Shown here: one piece after another, positions 57,840-64,000 of the stretch
Layout: the number at the start of each line of letters is the position of its first letter
How positions within the stretch are numbered: position 1 is the stretch's first letter
DNA from: a virus
IMG/VR virus record: IMGVR_UViG_3300038803_000160
Length of the DNA stretch: 64,000 nt
Strand: one strand, 5' to 3'
Notes under the pieces: generated by a model
The model's input: only the letters and a program-made list of their open reading frames with translations
What the model was told of the DNA's origin: nothing
Databases searched by the model: none
Made by a program: the position numbers and the translations under genes

Positions 57840-58196
57840 ATGCGCAGCCAACGGACATCCAAACGGTCGTCGAATGGCGACCGGAAGACTCTGCGTCTCA
57901 TCGACCGCGCCGCAAAGCGTCGCGACAAGCGCGGGGGGCGCAAGCGAGAGAAGGCCAAGCTCCACTACGCAGTGGGCGACCAGTGCTACATCAGCGTCAA
58001 CTTCGAGACGGTGCGCGCGGTGGTGATCGCCTCGTTCGTGCACCCGTCGTTCCCGAACACGTTCTACATCTGCAAGCTACCAGACGAGCACCCGTTCCTG
58101 GAGGTGCGCGACGCATTGACCATGAAGCCCAACAAGGACGATCCGTACCCCTTCTGGGAGCACACTGAACTCGAACTCCCGAAGGCGGGTAACTGA
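57840..58196 (+). CDS. hypothetical protein
   Basis: Co-oriented and coupled to the primase. Confidence 0.55.
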   Translation: MRSQRTSKRSSNGDRKTLRLIDRAAKRRDKRGGRKREKAKLHYAVGDQCYISVNFETVRAVVIASFVHPSFPNTFYICKLPDEHPFLEVRDALTMKPNKDDPYPFWEHTELELPKAGN

Positions 58197-61100
58197 TGCC
58201 CATGACCGTTGAAGACCTTGCAGCGCGCGAGGTCGAGATCGCCGTCGGCGCCAACAAGTCCGACAAGAATTTCCGCAACACGAAGGCGGCGCTCCATCAC
58301 TTCATCGGCGGCGCGCTCAACGCCGTTATCGGCGAGAAGGACGGTCGGTGCTTCTTGTCCGGCTCGCTCGCGGGCGGGCAGCGCATCGCGCGAAACGTGC
58401 GTTGCAACTACGTCATGCTTCTCGACGTCGAGAACGGCATCACCGTTGACGAGGTGATCGCACGGCTCACCAGCCACGGCATCACTTCGGCGGTCTACAC
58501 GACCTACTCGCACATGAAGCGAGAGACGGAGATCGCTGAGCAAGCGCTGTCCAACTTCCGTCGTCGTGTTCCGGACGTTCCGCGTGACGACATCGGCGCC
58601 GCCCGGATGTACCTGTCGATTGAGAAGGGCTGGCGCGACGCGTTCGTCGAGACCGTCTCGGACTGCGTGCGCGACTTCCGCGAAGGCGGCGTCAAGTACG
58701 TGGTGAAGCACGCGCCCATGGAGCGCATGCGTGTCATCATTCCGCTCGCCGAGCCGTTCGACTTCAGCGCCGGAACCAATCAGGCCGATCAGATCAAGCT
58801 GTGGTCTGCGCTCTATCAGGCGACGTGCGTCTATCTCGACATCCCGTTCGACCCGAGCTGCGTCGACCCCTCGCGTCTGATGTACTTCCCGCGTGTGCCT
58901 GATCAGGACGCGTTGAACCAGTACCGTTCCCAGTTGATCCTAGGTGAACGGTTCTACTCGCTGGAGGAAGCGCGCGCCATCGCCGTCTTCCAGGGCTTCG
59001 CGAACATGGAGTCCGGCGTCAAGCACGAGTTCGTGACGCCGAACCTGCTTGCGTTCCTCAGTCAGCACAGCCGCAACTTCCTCGCCGCCGACATGGTCGA
59101 TCGGCTCGATGCCGAGAACATCCGTGGTAGGCCTTCGGCGGAGAAGGTCGAGTACCGCTGCCCGAACGAGGAGAACCACACTGAGCAGAAAGCCGGTGAC
59201 CGTGCGTTCGTCGTCACGAACAGTGATGGCAACAGCCCGTTCTGGATGGGCTGCCGCCACGCATCGTGCATCTCCGCCTCGGGCGGCGACAAGGCGTGGT
59301 TCTGTGACAAGCTGTTCCAACAGCTCGGCATCACCGATCCGCTCACCCAGCTCGACGACTTCCTGATCGAGGTCCCGCAGCGGGAGGAGGTTCCTCCGCC
59401 TCCGCCGACGAGTGACGCGTTCCCGGGCTTCCCGCAGGAGCTTGTCGACCGCGTACTGGCGACTACTGCCGAAATCCGGCCCACTGAGATTGATGCCATC
59501 CTGGACGACATTGCGCGCTACCCGGACAACATTGTCGCCAACGGGCTTGTGGACATCCTCGTCCAGCGCACGCGTCTGGGCAAGACCGCCGTCAGGAAGT
59601 CTCTGGATCGGAAGCGTGTAGAGCATCGCCGTCGTCTGAGACAGCAGGAGGAACAGGCGCGTCGTGAAGCCGCCCAGGCCGCTCGTGAGGGCGCCGGGGG
59701 GTCGGAAGGTCCCGATGACCCTGACACTTGGGACGATGAAATCCACACACATTGGCCTGCCCATGTGCAGGTGAATGTCGCCGTTGCGCAGGTACGCCGA
59801 CGCAACGAGACGAGCCCTCGGATTTTCTCTCGTCCGAACGGAACGCTGACGCAAGTAATCACGACGCCCAATGGTCCGATGTTGAAAGACATCCCGAGTG
59901 ACCGCGAGCTGCCCTTTGCACTGGTCAGTCTGCAGGTGCGCTTCGTTCGTCTCGACCAAAATGGCGTTCCGCGCAGCGCAGAGCCGTCGTCGTTCGTTAT
60001 GCGCGCGCTCATGCGTGCGTTCACCGGCATGCCGGAAATCCGTCGTGTGATCCGCGTGCCTGTGCTGTCGAAAGACCTGACCATCCGCGCCGAGGCTGGA
60101 TACGATCCCGGACTGCGCTCGTGGATTGATCCGCCCATGGAGCTGGAGACGCCGCCGAAGGTCGACGAGATCACGGACGACATGGTCGACGAGGCCAAGG
60201 CGATCCTGTTCGAGGCCATCCGCGACTTCCCGTTCTCCGACGCGTTCAACGGCGAGGACCCGCACTCGATCAAGTCGGAGGATGTCGACGAGGACGGCTT
60301 CCCGATGCCGAACCTGGATCGCGGGCGCGCGTCTCGACAGGTCGCGTTCGCAATGATGATCCAGCCGTTCGTGCAGGACTACATCGACGCGCCGACGCCT
60401 GCGTACCTCATCGACAAATCGAAGCAGGGCACGGGCGCCGGGTTCCTCGCGGACTGCATCTCCTATCCGTTCAACGGTGCGTTCTCGTCAGCGCTCGCGC
60501 TGTCTGAGAACGAGGAGGAGGTGCGCAAGCACATCACCAGCGCTCTGCACGCTGGCGACGCCGTGTCCTTCATCGACAACATCCGGCATCGTATCGTCTC
60601 GGCGTCTCTCGCGGCGGTGCTGACGGCGAACGTGTGGAAGGATCGCAAGCTCGGCGCCACGGAAATCCTCACGGTGCCGAACCGCACCATGTGGGTGATT
60701 GCTGGCAACGACGTGAAGGCGGCGGCGGAGATCGTGCGACGCCTGATCCCGCTGCGTCTCGACGCGGCGACGGCGAACCCGGCGTTCGATCGCAAGGTCG
60801 GAACCGACTTCAAGCACCAGCTCGCGACGTGGCTCCCCGAGAACCGCCTGCAGATGATCTGGGCGATCCACGTTCTGCTGTTGAACTGGGTCAAGAAGGG
60901 CTGCCCGCGTGGTTCGCGCGTCATCAACTCCTTCGACCGCTGGTCGGAGGTGATGTGCGGGATCATGGAGGCTGCTGGCTTCACCGAGTTCCTGCGGACG
61001 CCCGAGCTGTATCGCATCACCGAGGACACGGAGACGGCTGAGCAGGCGAACATCATCAGCTTCATCTACGAGAACTTCGGCGAGGACAAGTTCACCGTCA

Positions 61101-61384
61101 ACGAGCTGCTCACCCGCGCGCGTCTCAGCATGGTCGGCGTCGAGGGCCAGGAGTGGGACATCAAGTGGGACCGCAATCAAGCGGCGTGGCCTAAGCAGGT
61201 GGGCACGGTGCTGACGAACAAGTATCGGCGCGGCACCTACGAGATCGTCGATCCGAAGAACGAGAACCGTCTCGTCACTGTGCGGCTCGTGCGCGAGGAG
61301 AAGCGCCCGGCGAACCGCTATTACCTCGGCTTTGTGAAGGAGCGTATGGTCGATGCCCCGCACGACAGCGAAGACACGGACTGA
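58196..61384 (+). CDS. primase with C-terminal P-loop ATPase/helicase-like domain
   Basis: LLDVE, YTTYSH, RMRVIIPL, DPSRLMYFP; CP..H..C.H..C Zn motif; GTG..IDN..GN..RR. Confidence 0.8.
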   Translation: MPMTVEDLAAREVEIAVGANKSDKNFRNTKAALHHFIGGALNAVIGEKDGRCFLSGSLAGGQRIARNVRCNYVMLLDVENGITVDEVIARLTSHGITSAVYTTYSHMKRETEIAEQALSNFRRRVPDVPRDDIGAARMYLSIEKGWRDAFVETVSDCVRDFREGGVKYVVKHAPMERMRVIIPLAEPFDFSAGTNQADQIKLWSALYQATCVYLDIPFDPSCVDPSRLMYFPRVPDQDALNQYRSQLILGERFYSLEEARAIAVFQGFANMESGVKHEFVTPNLLAFLSQHSRNFLAADMVDRLDAENIRGRPSAEKVEYRCPNEENHTEQKAGDRAFVVTNSDGNSPFWMGCRHASCISASGGDKAWFCDKLFQQLGITDPLTQLDDFLIEVPQREEVPPPPPTSDAFPGFPQELVDRVLATTAEIRPTEIDAILDDIARYPDNIVANGLVDILVQRTRLGKTAVRKSLDRKRVEHRRRLRQQEEQARREAAQAAREGAGGSEGPDDPDTWDDEIHTHWPAHVQVNVAVAQVRRRNETSPRIFSRPNGTLTQVITTPNGPMLKDIPSDRELPFALVSLQVRFVRLDQNGVPRSAEPSSFVMRALMRAFTGMPEIRRVIRVPVLSKDLTIRAEAGYDPGLRSWIDPPMELETPPKVDEITDDMVDEAKAILFEAIRDFPFSDAFNGEDPHSIKSEDVDEDGFPMPNLDRGRASRQVAFAMMIQPFVQDYIDAPTPAYLIDKSKQGTGAGFLADCISYPFNGAFSSALALSENEEEVRKHITSALHAGDAVSFIDNIRHRIVSASLAAVLTANVWKDRKLGATEILTVPNRTMWVIAGNDVKAAAEIVRRLIPLRLDAATANPAFDRKVGTDFKHQLATWLPENRLQMIWAIHVLLLNWVKKGCPRGSRVINSFDRWSEVMCGIMEAAGFTEFLRTPELYRITEDTETAEQANIISFIYENFGEDKFTVNELLTRARLSMVGVEGQEWDIKWDRNQAAWPKQVGTVLTNKYRRGTYEIVDPKNENRLVTVRLVREEKRPANRYYLGFVKERMVDAPHDSEDTD

Positions 61385-61604
61385 CGACGAGAACGCCAAG
61401 TACGTGTTCGACGCGATCGTCAACGCGTACGACAACGGGTTCGCCGTGCTCGATCTCGACGACGAACAGCTCGCGATCGATCTCAATCGGTACGACCAGA
61501 AGTGCGGATGGTTCACTCACCGATACCTGTTGGACCTTCTGAAGATCGTTCGTCCGATGTTGAAGGTCGCGGGCTATGTGGGACGAGCTAACCATACAAC
61601 GTGA
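61353..61604 (+). CDS. hypothetical protein
   Basis: Co-oriented ORF. Confidence 0.45.
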   Translation: MPRTTAKTRTDDENAKYVFDAIVNAYDNGFAVLDLDDEQLAIDLNRYDQKCGWFTHRYLLDLLKIVRPMLKVAGYVGRANHTT

Positions 61605-61675
61605 CGGAGGATGACGGTGGCGTGGCGTCATGTTACCAGGGGTGACATGCCGCACCACACAGGGGGAGTCCTAAC

Positions 61676-62239
61676 GTGCCGCGACCGCAGACCGTCGAGA
61701 TGATGAAGGGCCGACTCGAACTATTTCCGACGACCGTTGAAGACGCGTTTGAGTTTCGGAAGGACCGGGGATGGCGCTGGCTTCAGCGTCTGTGCTTCTG
61801 GGTACTGAAGAAGATCGGCGCTCACAGGCACATCACGGTCGAGAAAGTGTCTTACGGTCCTTTCGACAATGCGCAGATCGGCGGGCGTGTGTTCGAGATC
61901 GTCGAGAGCACGATCGGATGGAGAAACTTCGACGCCAGCGAGTGGATGCTCGTGATGGGCCGGGACGCCTACCGCGAGCTGGTCAACGATCGTGAGCTGT
62001 TCCACGCATTCGGTTTCATCAAGACGCTCGAAGTCCGTCACGGTCCGTCAAATCCCGTCGGCCCCTACTTCGACTACGTACGCGGACAGGTGTACGGCAT
62101 CGACATCATGGTCGTCCCGTGGGTCAACGGCATGGCCCTGGTGCCGAACATGTCGCTCGCCTATTCCGGACGGGGCTACCACGTCGCGGACTGTGCCGAC
62201 AACGCCGTGAGTGCCGAGCCGATGAGGACCCTGTCATGA
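61676..62239 (+). CDS. hypothetical protein
   Basis: GGGGAG RBS after a promoter-like gap. Confidence 0.6.
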   Translation: MPRPQTVEMMKGRLELFPTTVEDAFEFRKDRGWRWLQRLCFWVLKKIGAHRHITVEKVSYGPFDNAQIGGRVFEIVESTIGWRNFDASEWMLVMGRDAYRELVNDRELFHAFGFIKTLEVRHGPSNPVGPYFDYVRGQVYGIDIMVVPWVNGMALVPNMSLAYSGRGYHVADCADNAVSAEPMRTLS

Positions 62240-62502
62240 TCCACAAGGGCGTCTACTCCTCTCTCCTCGTGTTCGCCCTCGCCGCCGTCTTGTTGGTGCT
62301 GGCGGGGTGCCGCCATGACGAGCAGGTTAAGCAAGAGACGCTGGACTCAATCGTTCCGACGACCATTCAGTCTCTCGGCTCAATTGCCGGGTGCCGCGTG
62401 TTCCGGTTCAAGGAACCCGACCGCGCGCGATGGAAGTATCTGACCGTATGCGTCGACGGTAACGGCGGGCGCAACGCCACCATCACCATCGAAGGATACT
62501 GA
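62236..62502 (+). CDS. putative lipoprotein
   Basis: Signal peptide with LAGC lipobox. Confidence 0.65.
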   Translation: MIHKGVYSSLLVFALAAVLLVLAGCRHDEQVKQETLDSIVPTTIQSLGSIAGCRVFRFKEPDRARWKYLTVCVDGNGGRNATITIEGY

Positions 62503-62503
62503 C

Positions 62504-62890
62504 ATGTCCGACGACGTCTGGGCCCTCTTCGGCATCGCCGCCGTGATCGCTGCCGGGATCGTTCTCTACTGGGAGTATGCCAAGTACCGTTGTCGCTCTA
62601 TTCAGCGCCAAGCGGCGCAGGTGCTGGCAGACGCGCAGGCCGTGCAGCGCACCTCGGAGTCCCTGTGGGCGAAGATACAGTCGGCGCGTGGACCGACGCT
62701 GGCGGAGATGGAGACGCTGAAGGCGGCGCTGGAGGAGTGTGCGGACCCTTTCCACTTCTCCTGGGATCAGGGGATGTCGGCAGACTTGTTCGTCACCGAG
62801 CTGAACCGCCGCCAGAGGATCGCCGCCCGCGCGCTAGGTCGAACGATGCTCGGTAGGGATTTCGTAACCAAGCCCACTGTCGTGACTTGA
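62504..62890 (+). CDS. membrane-anchored hypothetical protein
   Basis: N-terminal TM; AAGGA RBS. Confidence 0.6.
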   Translation: MSDDVWALFGIAAVIAAGIVLYWEYAKYRCRSIQRQAAQVLADAQAVQRTSESLWAKIQSARGPTLAEMETLKAALEECADPFHFSWDQGMSADLFVTELNRRQRIAARALGRTMLGRDFVTKPTVVT

Positions 62891-62943
62891 AATGACAGCA
62901 TGACATGTGGCAGGGTGTCACTACCAACCAGGAGATGGCACCC

Positions 62944-63273
62944 ATGGCAAACGACACCCCCGAGAAGATCGCCGAGAAGACCTTCCGCTCGCCGATCAAC
63001 AAGGAGAACAGCTTCGGTCAGTGGAGCGTCGCCGAGGACACCGAGTCCACGATGACGCTCTTCTACTACGACGACAACACCGGCTTCATCGAGTGGGACA
63101 TCCCCGAGATCGAGGAGACGGTCGACATCGGTCTGACGTTCTCGATCGACAAGAACGGCAAGCGCACCCTCACCGACTACGACGGCGTGTTCGCGATCCC
63201 CGATCAGGCCCTCGATCTCCTGGAGTCCCAGAAGGTCGACGTCGCGGAGATGCGCAAGGCCATGGGTGAGTGA
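62944..63273 (+). CDS. hypothetical protein
   Basis: AGGAG RBS, strong codon bias. Confidence 0.65.
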   Translation: MANDTPEKIAEKTFRSPINKENSFGQWSVAEDTESTMTLFYYDDNTGFIEWDIPEIEETVDIGLTFSIDKNGKRTLTDYDGVFAIPDQALDLLESQKVDVAEMRKAMGE

Positions 63274-63592
63274 GATGACTGAGATGAAGTACCACCACAG
63301 GCCTCTGACACCCCTCGGGATCGGTCCCGACAGCAGCCAGATCATCACGAACTTCGGCAGCCCCTCTCTCAGGGGGCTGTCGTCTCTCAACGTCATGCCC
63401 GAGTGGACGGACGAGCTGGTGGAGATCGAGGTCGTGCGCTCGCACTGGCCCATCCTCGCCCACGGACGGGCGGGCAAGACCACGACCCGAGGCGGGCACA
63501 TCAAGCTCAACCGGGACCAGCTCCGGGAGCTGCACGCGCTCCTGGGGAAGGTGTTGGAGCAGCCTGCCACCAAGGTGAGCGTCGAAGAGTGA
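63266..63592 (+). CDS. hypothetical protein
   Basis: Overlapping, coupled ORF. Confidence 0.5.
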   Translation: MSEMTEMKYHHRPLTPLGIGPDSSQIITNFGSPSLRGLSSLNVMPEWTDELVEIEVVRSHWPILAHGRAGKTTTRGGHIKLNRDQLRELHALLGKVLEQPATKVSVEE

Positions 63593-63960
63593 TGGGCGTC
63601 GCCTCTTCCTACGATGCGAACGGAGAGCCGGTGGATCGCTACCGCTGGCCCGCACGAATGCTGGTCGCGGAGGGCGCGCATGCTGCTCTCCGTGATTGGC
63701 GGAAACAAGCAATCGCAGACCGGGAAGAGATGCTTTCCGCCCAGGCGCTCGCAGGGCGCTCGGGTGACCGGGAAGGCGCCCGCTATTTCAAGGAGGCGGC
63801 GGCTCACCTTCTGAAAATGCAGCGTGCAATGACCCTCATGCTCCCGTGGTTTGGGGAGCCTGACACGAAACAGGAAGCGGTATCTCCAGAGCTTTGGCCG
63901 ATCGAAATGGCAAGCGAATTGGATGTCGTATCTGCCCGTCTACTAATTGAGTTCGGCTGA
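63592..63960 (+). CDS. hypothetical protein
   Basis: TGATG coupling. Confidence 0.5.
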   Translation: MGVASSYDANGEPVDRYRWPARMLVAEGAHAALRDWRKQAIADREEMLSAQALAGRSGDREGARYFKEAAAHLLKMQRAMTLMLPWFGEPDTKQEAVSPELWPIEMASELDVVSARLLIEFG

Positions 63961-64000
63961 AGGAGAATTGTCCGATGTCCGATGTCTGAAGTGAAGTCCA

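Noticed and set aside
1..64000. tRNA or rRNA genes
   Set aside because: No cloverleaf or T-loop signatures noticed in intergenic gaps; a tRNAscan-SE run would be needed to exclude them.

Overview
Most of a GC-rich, temperate siphovirus genome. The host is probably an alphaproteobacterium (GTA/YuA-type tail-tip genes, perfect CtrA boxes, a Caulobacter-type sigma70 promoter). Layout: an AT-rich non-coding zone (about 340-1300); a leftward operon ending in thymidylate synthase (1300-7420); a rightward virion operon running portal, scaffold, capsid, neck, tail tube, frameshifted chaperone, tape measure and tail tip (7588-31872); an integrase-attP-repressor cassette (31869-34035); a long leftward block with rIIA/rIIB, SNF2 helicase, PolA, Cas4-like nuclease, SSB, class II RNR, dUTPase, amidase, spanins and a displaced, enlarged tail hub gene (34134-53115); and a right arm with a GH73-like hydrolase, DNA ligase, GH114-like hydrolase, holin, a second tyrosine recombinase, an HslV-like protein and a primase/ATPase. 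I see no terminase. Most striking: (1) thyA carries an in-frame ~185-aa HNH homing-endonuclease-like domain with no intein or visible intron, placed in a known variable loop; (2) about 20 copies of a 15-bp pseudo-palindrome GTGAC-N5-GTCAC sit at most promoter-containing gaps, often in pairs; (3) a candidate attP with arm-like repeats and IHF-like sites; (4) a split, convergent tail module and split lysis functions. All product calls come from motif recognition by eye. No database search was run.
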